From NCBI GenBank assembly GCA_000934665.2, contig KZ538360.1, forward strand, positions 1-64,000: 64,000 nucleotides of DNA, written 5' to 3'. The translations under genes were made by a program, and so were the position numbers. This document shows, piece by piece, positions 38,821 through 53,036 of the stretch. This stretch comes from Catajapyx aquilonaris. Taxonomy: Eukaryota. Under the pieces are notes generated by a model. It worked only from the letters and a program-made list of their open reading frames with translations, was not told where the DNA came from and searched no databases. The stretch's first letter is position 1. Each line of letters opens with the position of its first letter.

Positions 38821-40989
38821 ATAGAGAGAAAAAACGCCAAAGGTGGACGCCATCTTGGATCACGTGTGGTATATGGAACTTACAGAAAGTTTCTGCTATA
38901 ACCAACCATGGAGAGAGAGGGGGGAGGGAGGGAGGGAGAGAGGATACTAATTAAAAATTAATAAAATAATGAAACGAAATAATTTAAATAACGACATAGT
39001 ATGCAAAATGATAATGTATAAATAAACAAATTGTTATTCGAATTTAAAGTTATAAATTTAACGAATTCTGAATTGTTATTAGTCATAAAGATGGCGTTCA
39101 CAGGCTCGCTATAGAAGTGAGCGAATTCGCTTAGAAGCGTGGGCGAAAAGTCGCTAGACAAATCGAAGCGACAATTAGCTTCTCAAGTATCGCCGACCAG
39201 ACCAAACTGACGATATCCGTTCCAGACACACCCCAAAAATAAACCCTGGGTTTAGAACCCTGCCACCGAGACATCCCCCCCAATGTGGTGTGCGCATGGA
39301 AACAATGCGGCTACAAATTTGGCACGAGCAAGCCCCCCCCCCCCTCTCTCCTTCACGTCTTCCGCGCTAATGAAGACGTGACCTGCCGAGTTTCAACTTG
39401 ACTTTTTATTAGTTGCACACTTTCCCCGTTCCCCCGAGATGATGGCAGGGGGGAAACGCCCGTTTCGTCTCACTAAGTGTGCACTCAAGTGCCCGCCTAA
39501 TTAAGAAAAGTCAACAGCTTCCTCCTACCCCAAGGAACCAACGCTCAGCATATGGCCAGCAGGTAGCGGCCACGCCAATTCAGACATATTTCTCGCCCCA
39601 CTATTGGCACAACCGCATCAAAAAGATGCCAAAACTGCTTCTGAAAGTTTGCCAAAAAAAGTGGCATAACTCATAGCGTATTCATAAACACAATTAGTCA
39701 CTAAGACTAAGGCAACAAAGGTGACGCAATTTTTAATTTTTAATTGCGAAATTTATATACAGTACAATGTTCTATTAACCCATCATCAGATATGCTTAAA
39801 TTATTATTATTTGTTCAATTTATTTTCTGTTTATGAACAATGATGTACTCTAGGCATATCCTATAGTTAATTTTCACACTTTCTGCGAATAATATTGCTT
39901 TTTTTTTCTTTCCATGCACACCCTGTACCCACATATGACTCGCTTTTCCCCTCAAGCCCGGTTGAAATGAACATAGGCTGAGACGTGGAAAGCCACTTAA
40001 CCAGGCCCACAATTAATCTCCTTTCAGTCTCCCAGCCCCGAGATATACAGATACAGAGATCGGGTAGGACTTGCGCGAGTGGTTTATGACCCGGTGCAAG
40101 TGAAGGAAGAGGGGTGGAGGACCCCTAATGTGTATGAATGTGGTGTCGGCCTCGAATTAATGGCCAGGGAGTAGGCGTATCAATACATTTCCAGGTGTGT
40201 GTGGTTCAGAGCTAATTGCGCCATCTTGGATTTAAATACATATACAAAAAAAAGAGGGGGCCGCCATCTTGGTTCCAGCAGCTGCCTATTGAATCTTCAT
40301 GAGTTGGAGGAGGAAGAGGCGCCATCAAATCAAGTCAGAGCTGGCTTTCAAACGAGATCATTTCCCCATGATCGATCTGGAGGGTGGCAAGTCCTAGCGT
40401 CATCACTTTCCTCGTTAACGTCCTCGCCTTTCATCCAATGGACACCAGCTACAGGGTGTTCAATATCGGTTCAAATTTATATAATTTCAGCCTCTTTCTG
40501 ATGGCACCTGGCCACCATCCAGCATATAGGATGACGTTGTGATGTCCAGCGGTGTTGGTGTGATAAATGGACCGGTCTAATCAAGAGGCACCTCGGTCTC
40601 CCAGGGCGCGGTTAATGTAGAAACAGCTAACTCTCATTACCCTAGGGGGATATGAGCGAGGTGGAGGAAAATGATAAGAAAAACGGTGGGGAGAATGATG
40701 AAGGGCCCAAAAAGAGAAGAGTTCTCCGGGGTTATAAACCCGGCTGGGCCCTTTCGTTACCAATTAGCCCGAATGGACTTATGGACATAACATCCAGGCA
40801 GTTAACTCTAAAATGAAATCCTCATAATTCATCCACCGATGCATGTTAGGCCACTGATCGTCTCAGATCAATCCGTGTTTAGGACAACAAAGGTTAGAGA
40901 TAACCTGATCTTACAGGCTTCTTGAGCATGTCCAGCAGCTTCCTGCAACAACCTACTCCTTATTGTGGCGTTGATATGTTGTGCTATAA

Positions 40990-41220
40990 TAAACGTCTAA
41001 ATGAGCCCTATCCCAACACGGCAATCTCCCGGCGGGACCCGAGCCATGATGAGTCTAACTGTATAAACCTGGACACTAGGTGATAACGAAGAGCTAATAA
41101 TTAAAGCCGGATCTCGCATGCCCAGGACCTCTCTCCGGAAAATTTTCCCAAATCTCCACCCAGGGTTTTCGTGGTTTGAAATTAATGATTCCTTCATGGA
41201 GACAAGGATCTGAGAAATTT
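40990..41220 (+). mobile_element. Degenerate RTE-clade LINE fragment
   Basis: 'V*TWTLGDNEELIIKA...LRKIF' versus RTE 'AETWTL...E..IxxFE...LRKIF'. Confidence 0.45.
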
Positions 41221-41330
41221 CACCCTGACTGTTTTTACCTTTAATTCCGGGACCCCCTTCTTGCTGGGAAGCAATAATAAAGTGAATCTAATTTATTAAC
41301 CTTGATTGTAGAGCAAACAAGTGAAGCCTC

Positions 41331-41530
41331 TTGTTTTACCACTCTGAAACGGAAACCCTGCGTCTTCTGCGGAGGCGAGGTCAGACTTGTACAAATAAAT
41401 TTGATCGCCGGACCTTTGATGGCTATTTCTTCGTCTATCAGACGACCGCATCTTATTCAGGCAGAAGCAGGTATTGGAATGTGGATTCCCGACAAGCCGT
41501 TGAGAGCTTGGTCTCTTTTTTTCTTCTTTG
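41331..41530 (+). mobile_element. Degenerate Ty1/Copia post-integrase (SH3-like) fragment
   Basis: 'TLRLL...NKFDRRTFDGYFFVY...SRYWNVDSRQAVESLVSF' versus Copia 'HLRVFG...KFDxRS..GxFVGY...YRxWD...V.SRDVxF'. Confidence 0.55.
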
Positions 41531-42459
41531 GGGGGGGGGGGGNNGGGGGCGCCCTCTTTTTTATCGGAATCCAACGGGAATATGGTGTACATATGTATTG
41601 TCGCCAGGAATGATGACGTAATTGACGGGTGGTCGTTTATAATGATGTAATTAAGAGATAAACGATGGGGTTCGTCCCTCGTCGCCGCCTCTATTAACGG
41701 GCGATTAGGCGGCAAAATTGGCGCATCGTTTGTAATAAATAGCGGTGATTTTTGTAGTGTACTATGCCGGACAATCAAGTCGGGAACAGTCAGGAAGTGA
41801 GCTGAATTGAAGCTCAAAAATATTAATCCAGACATGCCTCTAGGACACTACAAATGCTATTTATTGTGCCGGCAGTTCATTTGTTCACAAAAATAAATAC
41901 ACCAAAAATTTAAACAAAATAATTCAGGTATATCTGGGTTTTAATTAAATTAAACTAAAATGAAAATTTTGACTCAAAGGCGGTGTGTCCATAGAGTTCT
42001 GCTCAATAGCTACCGGTACCTGTAAACACAATACAATTTCATATTGTACCCAGCATTTTTTGCGGTACATTATTGGATGCGGTCGTTTTCACCGCGAGAT
42101 ATCACGAGCGAAAAAAAACCGCCTGTGAAATTTCACACTTCCTTTCTCCTCCTTTTCACACTTATTCCATTACATTTCCTAAGAGGGTTTTATGCTCTTA
42201 TACAGACCTTCTTTTTCCTCCCCCATCCCCCCTCCCCCCATCCTTCCTACACCCTTCCGCAAAGCATCAAGTGGAAAATTGAAAAATTCGATTTGCCCAG
42301 ACAAAATGGCTGCGATCAATGGTGATGAAATTCTTTCTAATGAGAATCCAGGAGTGGGCCCTCGTGACAAAGAGACAATTTTTTATTCCCCCCCTACCTT
42401 TCAAAGCCTGGAAACAACCGGTTGGTAACAGCGTTTGAAATATTAGACCACGCTAGAAC

Positions 42460-45250
42460 ACACCTAATTGCCATATGTTGGTTTGGTCCTATCCAATTTT
42501 GAGAACCAAAAAATGTCCGAACTTGCCACAAACAGCATCCAGAAAAATGTGACCTCCCCTAGCAACCTCCCCAGCTTAACCTCCAGGTCAGGATATAAAT
42601 TCTGATTGACGCTCATTCTATTACGCGCAAATCCGATTGCATGGCCACTTTTCAACCTCTCCATGGTACTTGTGAGGCGTGCAGATGCCTCTCCAATAGT
42701 CCCCTAGACTATAAGAGGACTTGCCAAAAAAATTCTACAGGATCCGAAGCCAAGATGGAAATTATGCGCGATTAAATGACCCTCCAAGCGCCATTTTTTA
42801 CTTCCAAAAAAAGAAGAATCCTCCAGAGCCCATCGACAAAGGAATGATGGAGCCAAACGCTTCTCATCACGAGTCTCAGCAGGCCAGGCGGCAAACAAGT
42901 GCCAAGTAGGCTTTATTAGACTCGTCACCTAGGATGGTTTATTAGCACCCTGTGGGCGGAAAGTGGAATGCCACTAGCGATAATCACCCAGGTCGTTTAT
43001 TAAAACGCGCTTCAGTAAAAAAAAAATTAGTAAGAAAAAGAACCGTCTTATCCCTTCATAGAGAATGGGTGTTTCCTCCATGTTCCTTTTAAGGTCAGAA
43101 GGAAATTGATTTTCGGAGCTAGAAAAATACCCAACCGTTCTCTTAACACTTCATGAATAACCTTTAACACGGTCTTATATCCCAAGCTGACACTGACCAA
43201 TATCTCACTTGGTGTTGTAGGTTGCAGCAAGTAGCTTCGTAATTTCCCCCACTCTCTTTCGTATGGTGGGAGACTAACCGCACCTTTCCAGTGTCCGAAT
43301 TCTCGAGGCGTGATTGCCCCCATGGGTTGGTGTCCTCTGATGGAAGTTTCTTGTTCGGAGATCCCGAGAGGACGTCAGGTCTTGATTGGTGTCTGATGGA
43401 CATGGCGACCGGTTTTGTCCATGCTTCTGTTTTGTCCTCTACCACAAAAAAAACTAAGGGAGGTTGTTTCAAAGTGAGCATGAAGAGACACTTGAACCTT
43501 ACAGAGAAAAGGACGATGATTGCTGCTCGTGTGGAGTGCCCAATATCGACAGGTTTCACTAGCTGCTTCCATACTTTGAAATACAATGTCTCCTTCCAGA
43601 TCTAATCAGAGGACAGGTCGAGTTCCAACATGTAGACGTGCCACTCCGGATGAGTAGAAACCACCCATAGACACAGACCAGCAGCCCAAATATACACAAA
43701 AAAAGAATCTAAAAAAAATGTTGAGATTGACAGCGCGTGAGGGTTAGACTCTCTTTTTTTTGTTTCTTTTTCTATCTAACCAACTGACGGTGGCAGATAC
43801 GAAGGTGGAAAAAGAATATAACATTGCACCAAGGCGGAGTATAAGCTTTGGGGTGTAAAAAAGAAGAGGGCATTCTCATCGAATTCCATTCGCACACGAA
43901 CAGGTGTCAGAGTGGCTTCCGTATCGATTTCCCAGGGAAATCTGTTCACCGCCTCTCTCAAAGGACATGTCCCAGACATCCTGAAGAGTATTAGCCTACC
44001 TGTAAGTCGGTACAAGGGAAGAGCCTGAAGGGAGGGGAAAAAAGGAGGTGAGAGCCCCCTCTTTTTCCATCCACCTACACAACGGAGGGATTGGCTCAAT
44101 CACCATCCACGCGTAAAGGACCTTGTACTCAGACACTCAGGCTGCCAATAACCCAAGGGAACCTCTGGAAAAAGGGGTGTCAGAAGGTGAAAGTTCGGCC
44201 ATTTTATGACTTTAATTCGTAGTGTCGACACAGATGGCGTTGGTGTCGTGCGATGGCGCCATCTACGTGAGCAGATGTGCAGACCTTTAGAGAGCATTCA
44301 TGCAGGTAGTGTGCTCTGGATGGCCTAATTGAGAGGTGCGCTTCAATTGGCTGCCCCCCGTCTGTCGTGTTGAACATCCCCACGGGCGGCCACTTGAAGA
44401 CTCTGGCTTCACCTTGGCACAAAAGGCATTGGGAGTCTCTTTGCTCCGCCGGAGAGCAAATATACTTTCTGGCTCTATCTTGTGCGTCTGGCCATTGTGC
44501 GTTTCCTGTATCCGACAATGTTTGCGTTCCTCTTCTAGGGGCCAGCCGAGGGTGGGGTGGGGGAGAAAATTTCCCTTCGTCACACTGTGTAAAGGCTGAC
44601 TGACTACCGGAGAACACTTGTCGTCAGTTCCCATTGTCACGCTCGCCTAAAAGCTCGTTAAACACAAAAGTGACAAAGTACTTGTGCTTGAACGGCCTGG
44701 CTCCTTTTCCCTCTGTTGTTACCGGTAGCGCATACTAATGGCTCGGAACTTTAGGGAGGGAATTCCGATTATCGATGGCGGATACCTGTTTTCGGGTAGC
44801 ACGCCACCTGCGAGGATGCGGACGCAACGGGAGACGGTGTCTCCACCTGCCTCCAATTACATGCCATCTAGAAATGAGTGTCATCTGCACCGGACAATGC
44901 CAGAATGCCCTATCAGTGGTCATCGATGGAAGTAACCAGTTTGCTAACACGCGGACGTATATCCAGTAGGCAAGTGGCTCATACAGGGGGGTCAAACTTG
45001 CTTGTCCACCGGAGAGAAGCCAATTCACCGATGGTATCATCACTTATTGCTCACAGTCACGTAACAATTGTCGATACCATCGCCGGATTGGTGTCTCACC
45101 GGGGAGAAGTCATCTATTGGTGTTTCCCACAGCTTGCTGGGATTGAGTAGCATTAACACTTCCACTTCATTTCCCAAACCAAGCTTTAAAAACAGTATTT
45201 GACTGTTATACAGAAATGAGTCAACACACTCTCGGAGAGAAACCAATCCA
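42460..45250 (-). mobile_element. Degenerate LINE ORF2 relic (endonuclease to RT)
   Basis: Minus-strand order: 'EVEVLML...GDGIDNCYV', 'VRVLANWLLP...AF...HVIGG' (APE-like); 'SRPDVLS..KKL', 'HWKGAVSLPPY', 'VSLGYKTVLKVIHEVLRERL..F' (~ISL...KV..ILxERL), 'SGIP', 'LGFGSCRIFLA', 'ARNRMSVN' (RT-like). The RT part (42460-43420) is better supported than the EN part. Confidence 0.55.
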
Positions 45251-46377
45251 ACGATATATGCTTCTCCCCGACGAGCCACCAATCCACCGATACCATCTTC
45301 CCAAACAGTTTAGTCCCATTTCTCCCCCACCTGTACGTTTCGAAATGGAATCGTCACGCCCATGTATCAGTCGGCCCCATCTGAAGCAACCCCACCACCA
45401 CCATCTCTCCCCATATTTACCGGACATTCGTTAGCGTCCTGGACGCATGCGTTATAATGTTACCCAGGGCGGCCACTTATCACCCCTGATAGTAGGAGAA
45501 GTTGCTCTCAGCACCGTTCCACTTGCCCCGATGCACATGCATATATCCCAACCGCCCAGGACCTGTCAGCAGTGAGATATAATTTATGCTTCCCTTTCAT
45601 TGAGCGTGATAGGCGTTAGGCTCCTTTGCGGTCTGTGGAGTGGCCTGGCGGGCCTCTCGCACCTGAGCACGCACAACCCTTATGCTCATATTCTATCCTC
45701 CCAGAGCTGAAGGATCGCCATTCGGGCTCTACGGACAGGATTCGTTATTGCCGTGCGAACCGGAATTCAGGTTTGGTCACATTCTCCCATCGCGTTTGGT
45801 GATGCGTACACATGTATCAATCTTGGTACCTCTTTTTATATTACGTGCAACTTGATTTTTTTTTTCGCCCACAATTTCGGCGGATGACAGGTAAGGCCCG
45901 CTTTTTTAAAAATTTTTTTTTTTGAAGGGATAGCTCTAACCCCGGAACAGAAGAAGTATGGTTCGACTTACAGGGCCATGTATAAATTTGCATGCATTAT
46001 CCAACGAGTGCGCCACCTTTTTTTAAAATGGCCGATTTGTCTTCGGGACGTCATTAACACCTTGGTTGAGAGTTCAGGGTGGGTTCACGCGGTTGTTGAT
46101 TGTCTTTCGGCCGGTGGTCGGTGGCATTCACCAATCAGGGAGGAGTTGAAAGGTTCGTGGATGATGATTGCCCGTCATTGGTTCATTTGGTTGATAATGA
46201 CGCGATTCGGCCAATAGGAAAGCAGCAGTAATGGGTAACATAGCAGCTATTACTAAAAGCGGGCAACGGTGTATCCGGGTGTATCAATGGAGCTAATTCG
46301 GGGATAATTAATTAATTAATCCGAACCGGACCTTATCTAATTTGTTGTCTGTTATTCAATTATATATTTATTAGGCC

Positions 46378-46415
46378 TACTACTACAACAACAACTGCTG
46401 CTATTATTATTATTA

Positions 46416-46483
<68 letters not shown>

Positions 46484-46508
46484 GACGACGACGACGACGA
46501 CAACTACA
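46378..46508 (+). repeat. Compound trinucleotide microsatellite (CTA/CAA/CTG/TAT/GAC)
   Basis: Long (TAT)n core flanked by short runs of related triplets. Confidence 0.95.
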
Positions 46509-47049
46509 TACTGCTGTAAAGTAGCAGCTTTGCTACTTGTTACTGACAATTATTTCAATTGGCAATAATTATCATCGAAATTGTTTCAAATCTTAAGAGA
46601 AATCATTTATAATTTAACTCAAATGGCAAAGTTCAATATCGAAATGATGTGCTGGTTAAATTGTTGACATTGTTAAATTTTTTTCCAGCCTTAGCAGCGT
46701 AACAGCTATTACATGGGCCAATCAAATGGCTCCGATTCCCAGCTGCCAGTCGCATCCTTCTATTTATTATCCGATACGCTTATTTGCACTGGAGGCTGGC
46801 NGGGGGGGGGATGGGAAAGATTTGAGTGATGAATTAGGCGGAGGGAAACAAGAATCTGATTCTGCTTTAGGCCAAAGAATAGGACGAGCAGCACATGTGA
46901 AACTCGGGAGCGCAGAAGGGGGAGGTGATGAGGTAGAGAGACTCTATATAACACACACAAAAAAAGAGGAAAAGGGGGGGAAAAAAATTAGAAATCTCCA
47001 TTTTCCATTCTCTCAACCTCAAAACCGGCCTGAGGCCTACTGCGGCCTA

Positions 47050-47540
47050 GTCCTGGGTTTTTACATCACAGGAGATTTTCCACTGTTGCAAGGAAAATAC
47101 TTTTGCACAGTGCTGTATGTCACTAATCACATCCTGAAGCAAATGGTGGTCAAAGTGAACTAATATATCTACATAAAAGACAAAATTGGTTTGTTTGTTT
47201 CCCCAGCAGATTTGGCTTCCATGGCAACCATGGAACTTGAGGCTCCACTGCCAGTATGTACTACAGGTAATAGTCATTGACACATATTTGCAATTGTTAA
47301 CTATAGATGAACAGTTCATATTGAGCAGAAACTTCCTTCCTAATATTTAAGATGAGAACAGGTTATCAGCCTCACTTTCCTCCAAAAATCTCTTCGCAAA
47401 AAAATTTGACCCCACACAATGTTACAGCAGGTTTCATGATGAAACACATGTTTTGGATCCAATCTCCACCGAATTAATACAATACCCGAGAGGCACAAAC
47501 CCTTCAATTTAGACACCTCACACTCCACAGTTTTTTGACT
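47050..47540 (-). mobile_element. Degenerate RTE-like LINE RT fragment
   Basis: 'VECEVSKLKGLCL' (~ESxxxGLxLN), 'HLKY*', 'HGSQICW' (~YGSExW), 'HFDHHLLQDVISDI', in order. Confidence 0.35.
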
Positions 47541-47779
47541 GACAACCTTCAGATTAAACGTTACCCCCCCAACTCTGACCAGCTACCGTTTTCCACACCT
47601 CCCGCATTCCTTTTCTATCACCCACACAAATTGGGCCCATTATTCATCACGAAACACGCGTAACGCACCGGAATTTATTACGCTTCTTCTGACCATTTTT
47701 TTCTCATTGAAAAAACTTCTTTTTTTCCAAGAAAGAGGAAGCCGTCTGCCTCAAAGTTGGAGGGATAACCCCTCAATTA

Positions 47780-47930
47780 AGATGCCAATCCCCGAATGGG
47801 TTGGATCAGTGCTCAATCTGCACAAAGGAAGGCTCCTATTAAAAATTAGATGGGGGGGGAAGACTCCGGAGGGACTTAGGGGCTGCAATTAGAGTTGGCC
47901 GAAATACCTGGCCGGATATTCCATCTGGTA
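47780..47930 (+). mobile_element. Degenerate RTE-clade LINE 3' fragment
   Basis: 'EWVGSVLNLHKGRLLLKIRWGGKTPEGLRG' (~RWxGHVxRM..RLxKxI..G...GxR). Confidence 0.3.
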
Positions 47931-50900
47931 AAGTCAAAACTTTTGCACGGGTGTCATTAAAAAAGGGAGTGGAAAATCGCGTTAAGTTCGGAGAGAGAGA
48001 AAAAAAATTGGTATTGCTGCTGGGATTGGTTTATTCTACTAATTAATCGTTTGTGCAACAACGTTCCAATTACTAGGAATGATATTCATTAGGATCGTTC
48101 CCGGAAATTCGGTTTCCGCGGAATTGCCAGTGAAACCGTACAAAATGTGTCAACATTATTTAAAAATTTGCACAAAAAATGGGGAGTTCGGATATGAATT
48201 TGTGAGCTAAATGGCAATTACTTCCAACTTGGGGGGGAGGGAGCAATAACCCTTCTCTGTCTGATCACGTGGTTCTAAATGGCAACACATATGGTACTGC
48301 ATTAAAATGTCATAAATATAAACATATAATAAACAAATAAAATTCATTTTCCCTTTAATATATGCATGTAGTCTACTTGTACAGATGAGGCAGTCGGCAA
48401 TGAAGCAGACACTACTTAACAAATAAATTTAATATAAATAAATAAATAAATATAAATAAATTGATAACACTTCACATACCACGAAAATTTACTATTCGAA
48501 AAATAATGACAAAAATTTCATAATAAATAACATTTTAAATTAATATGGTCTGCTGTACGTAACCATTTATATTTGATAATTAATGAAATCGAGCCTCCCC
48601 ACCGTTTGAAATTTTAATTGTAATTTTATGTTGAATTGCAGTAACACGCAACACCATTGTATAAAATCAAATCAAAGAAAATATTACATTACGTACAGAA
48701 ATGGTACAATACATTATTTAAAAAATTATTCATCTTTAATAAGCCTACAGTATATGATTTCAAACAACCAGCCCTTCCTGCCATAAGAAATCACTGCTTA
48801 GTTCCAAAATTTTAAGCAGCACTAACCTGTACTATTTCCGAGTCAGCACACTTCTAACGAGAATATCAAGAGTCAGAAACAGTGCTATTGCAACAAATCG
48901 GAATAGCCAGCCAGGGGGGGGGGGAGAGATTTTAACCCGCAGCAATTAACNGGGGGGGGGTTATGCGGAACCACAAAAAAGTGGGTTGAAAAAGTTGGTA
49001 ACCGCGGCTGGCCCACCCCCCACTTCCGCCGCTATAAACACAAACGACGTCCTCAGCCTTCGTTTATGCGGCTTACCGATACAAATACGGCACCAGCCGC
49101 ACCACCCGTCATCTGCGGCCATGCACGCACACTCGGCTTTTGGAGCACACACACACACACACAAAATGTACAGGGTGCTTCATAACGTCAGTTGTCTACC
49201 CAAAACCTCCAGATCGGGAATCCATACCGCGGTCATTTACGTCACGTTGCGGGATTTCCCCTGGAACGACAGCATGGCTGACCAAAATGTGCTGTGGAAA
49301 CCCTTTCCATTATGTATGAAACAAGGACCAACCGAGTATCGGGGCAAGCAAGCAAGCAAGCAAGCAAAGCGAGGGGGGTCATCCCTGAAGGGGCCATTCA
49401 GAGACCCGAGAGAGGGACCCCCCCATTCCCCGTGTTTTTGAAAAGCTGGGTTGTTGACCAGCCCCGGGTTAAAAAGAGAGGCCGGAGTAGTGCGTGTTTT
49501 GCGATGCAAATCCGACTCGGTCACTTGTTACAGAAATTTTCTCAAAATGGGGACCTGCCGGATGGAATTTCGTTGCAAGGGGGGTCCGAAATAGAGACAG
49601 AGAGAGAAGGAACATGGTGAGAGGGGTTATTTCCTAAATAAAAATGGGAGCTGCTCAAAAACGGACACGTAATAATTTTGAACATTTCTGCCTAAATAAC
49701 ATCGCTATTTTTTTTACAAATATTTTTCCACACTATAGAGATACTGCAAGATCAGGTTAAGACAAAATAGTGGATGACAAGTGGGAGCGGACACTATACT
49801 TGCTTAGAAATGTTTTCCATTCAAATAACTTGAGCGTATCTATATTCATCTCACATTTTTCGGATGTCATGTTAAATGACTTGGGGGTGGCAGTCGTGAG
49901 CTCATAAAGAATATCTCGTATGGCCATTAGAATAATGCAGTAAACCTTAGGGCGTGCATTACATTTGCATAAAACGTATAGGGTGAAAGAATTTAAAACT
50001 GCATTTGATTTGTATGTTCAGAAATCCGTGGTGCTGCGTGTGCTTTGCAATCTGTTTCGAACGTCAGCACATATAGGAGTAAAAATAACGGCAATTACTG
50101 TTACTTCAGAGAGTTTATTAACTTACAGTATCGCACGCCCGACCTGTGGAATGTTTATTTGTTAATTTTCGGTAATTAGCACACGATGTCTCTATTTCAG
50201 CAAAAAACTTCACATACACCAACATTTCAGCTTACAGTAACAACCTTGTTACAATACTGGGCCTCCAAAACGAGCCCCTTCATTATTGCCATTAATTATC
50301 ACGGACGCAAATTATTGGCATAAAACTTCACCTATATTGTCTGGCTTCCCTTTCCAAAGGTTAATTACGACAACATTGTTGGACGCATTATCCAAACTAG
50401 TCATTACAGGATTGGCGAAAATATATCACGTGACCAGCAGTAAATAGGTTTCAACTGTAATATTTGGCTGAATGAGTTATACAGTCGTGACAACATTTTG
50501 GATAAAATTAATAAATTAAGTAAATGAGCTTAAATAACAAATTAAGCAAATAATTTAAAAAATGACACACTGCAAGTTGGCCTAATCTGTAATATTTTAG
50601 GGATATCCTGGAATGATAAAATTAAAGCGACATGCAGAATAATTTCAAGACTGTGACGTGTCCGAAGACAAATAAATAAGTAAATAACCCCTGTTACGGG
50701 GTAATAAATAAAAAATAAAAATAAATAAGATAAATAAATAAAACAATTAGAAACCCGCACATGCCCAATATCTATGTACGAATAATACACTCAATAATCA
50801 GCCTATTTATTTGCAAATCCTCGCAATAAAAAAACCTGATTCACCTCAAACACTTCCAAAAAAAAAGCAAAAAAAAAGCACCTTCCTCAATACCCATCGG

Positions 50901-51659
50901 ACATTCCCCCTTCTTATTCTCCCTCCGCAACTTCCAAATGTATATATCTTATGCCCCCTCAAAAAACATATGTCGGCCCCTTTTGACATTCCGGGTCAAA
51001 AATGGTGACTGGGCGGCCTCGGCCTCCTGGTTCATAAATCATGAGGACCCCCGAGCGCAGGAGACAAACGTTTTAGGCCCGACCGCTGACGGGTTATCCA
51101 TTACACCTGAGGATTTTCAGATGTCCGCAGCAGGGTTGGTGGGAGGAGGATTGTAAGAAGGGAGGGGGTAAGGAAGGAGGGAGGGGGTGGTAAAGTTTAA
51201 GAAAGGTATATAAAAAAAGAGCTCTTTTCGTAGGTGGGACTCGGGTGACAGCAAGAGGTGGCGAGGACCCAAAGAGACTTCTTGCACCTGAGGGATAAAT
51301 TACTTTGGCACCCATGTACAAGTCAGGTGAAGGGGGGGAGGGGGTTATTCCCACTTGTGCAAGGAACTTTTATAGCAAGAATGTAGTCTTAACCGTTATG
51401 GAAATATAAATTATGCTCGTTTATAAGTATAGTCGTGACAATAGAATTTTGCAGGCTCTTTTTTTTTTGCACATCCCCCCGCCCACATTGCTAACTATTT
51501 TGAGTTTGAACTTTGTGGAAACGATAAATGACATCCTCAGAGTTTGTCTTTCCCAGTAATGAAGTGAATACTGTAACCGCATAAGTTTGATCTTTGGCAC
51601 AGAAATTCAATTTCGTCAGAGCGTGACAATTTTTATTGGAGGGCGAAGGACTATTGTGC

Positions 51660-51835
51660 TTACTCCCACAACTCTTATCTCCTATGGGAAATGAGCCGGA
51701 GAAATCTTGGAGAAACCACCTCTGGACATCCTTGGAAAATGCAGCCTCCTTTTTTTCTCGCTCCTCATCCTACCCCTCTCCCCACCATCTCAATTTCCGT
51801 TTCCCTATAAGATGCGACCTCCTCAAATCCGGGGT
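51660..51835 (+). mobile_element. Degenerate Jockey/CR1-like LINE RT C-terminal fragment
   Basis: 'KSWRNHLWTSLENAASFFSRSSSYPSPHHL...IR' (~LSWxxHI...AS..L.R..YFSPxxL...IRP). Confidence 0.35.
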
Positions 51836-51870
51836 TCGGAATCCTGCAAGAAATGAGAACTGCGGAGGGA

Positions 51871-51912
51871 AAGAAGAAGAAGAAGAAGAAGAAGAAGAAG
51901 AAGAAGAAGAAG
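51871..51912 (+). repeat. (AAG)14 microsatellite
   Basis: Directly visible. Confidence 0.95.
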
Positions 51913-52689
51913 GAAAAAATCGGTCTCCGACCAAAAGGCACGACCTGATGCTGCTCAAGTAGAAGACACGAGCAGCTATATATATATATAGGAAGAAAAT
52001 CCTCCAAGGGACTTCCGGGTCGTCGGCAGGAAGATTACATTCCCCGACCCACCCCTTTTTTCGGGGTGACATCCACACCCACCTTTTACGGTCCATATAT
52101 ATTATTTTCCTCGTCCGGAGCATGTAACCCGACTTGTTGAAGGTGGTCGATGACTTTTTTAAAGCCGATTTTTAGAGGTAGAGCAGCTTGTTTGCCATTG
52201 TCGGTAAACAGGAAGTAGCTAGGCGAAAGTTGGGCCCAAATGTAGCGAACTGGCAACGTTGGAGACGCACTAACACCACGCCAGAAAGTAGCCTACCAAT
52301 AGTGATGTAATTGGAAACATTTTAAATCAAAAAGCTAAATGAGAAAAATTAAACTGAATAAGAAGGCACAATAAATTAAAATAAATTGTACAAAATAAAT
52401 AATGATATGCAATCTAATTAATTGAATGAAATAGTACGTTAAAATGAAAAGGAATAATAATAAATAACATCGTATTAAGGCAAATGTATGTAAAACAATA
52501 AATTTATAATAAAATGCTTAAAAGAAATTGAAAATTAATTTATATCTAAAACGGAACATTTAAAATGCATTACAAATAAAATGGTAAAACATGTAGCAAA
52601 GTAAATAACTGTTAATAAATAAATAACGAAATAACGAAAATTTATTATCGCATCACACACAGTAAATTCTGTCAGTTGATTACATCTGT

Positions 52690-53036
52690 ACCTTCCACCC
52701 ATAAAACTGAAAATTATTCAAATAATCCATCAAGAGTGACATTACCAGAGAGTGATGTACTCTTCTAGATATTAATGCTCTTGGAACACATTCAAGATGC
52801 ACGACGCCTTTCTTTAAAAAAAAATCAAAACAGGCTGTTAAACAGTGTTGTTTCCTAACCAGCTTTTGCAGAGTCAGCGTCTTTAGTAATTTCTCAGCCT
52901 TCATTTGTTTATGGTTCGTCGAGCCCAGACACCGCAAAATAGGTCCGACGGTGTAATCCAACCACTTTGCAAAATGAGAATCCGTCTGCGTCGCCAAAAT
53001 TTCTGCGACACTTCGCACCACCACTCTGCAGCCCAT
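52690..53036 (-). mobile_element. Degenerate BEL/Pao integrase fragment
   Basis: ORF 52680-53036 'HFAKWLDYTVGPI' (~PF..GLDYxGP) and 'KGVVHLECV' (~TRAVHLExV), both characteristic of BEL/Pao integrases. Confidence 0.55.

Noticed and set aside
41296..41835. Longest ORF (179 aa, minus strand)
   Set aside because: Antisense to the Copia-like relic, crosses an N-containing homopolymer and has no domain signature.
47165..47272. Apparent exon (pyrimidine tract-CAG ... CAG|GTAATA) or Helitron-like 5' end
   Set aside because: No partner exons or 3' Helitron end, and the opposite strand reads as an RTE-like relic, which explains the region more simply.
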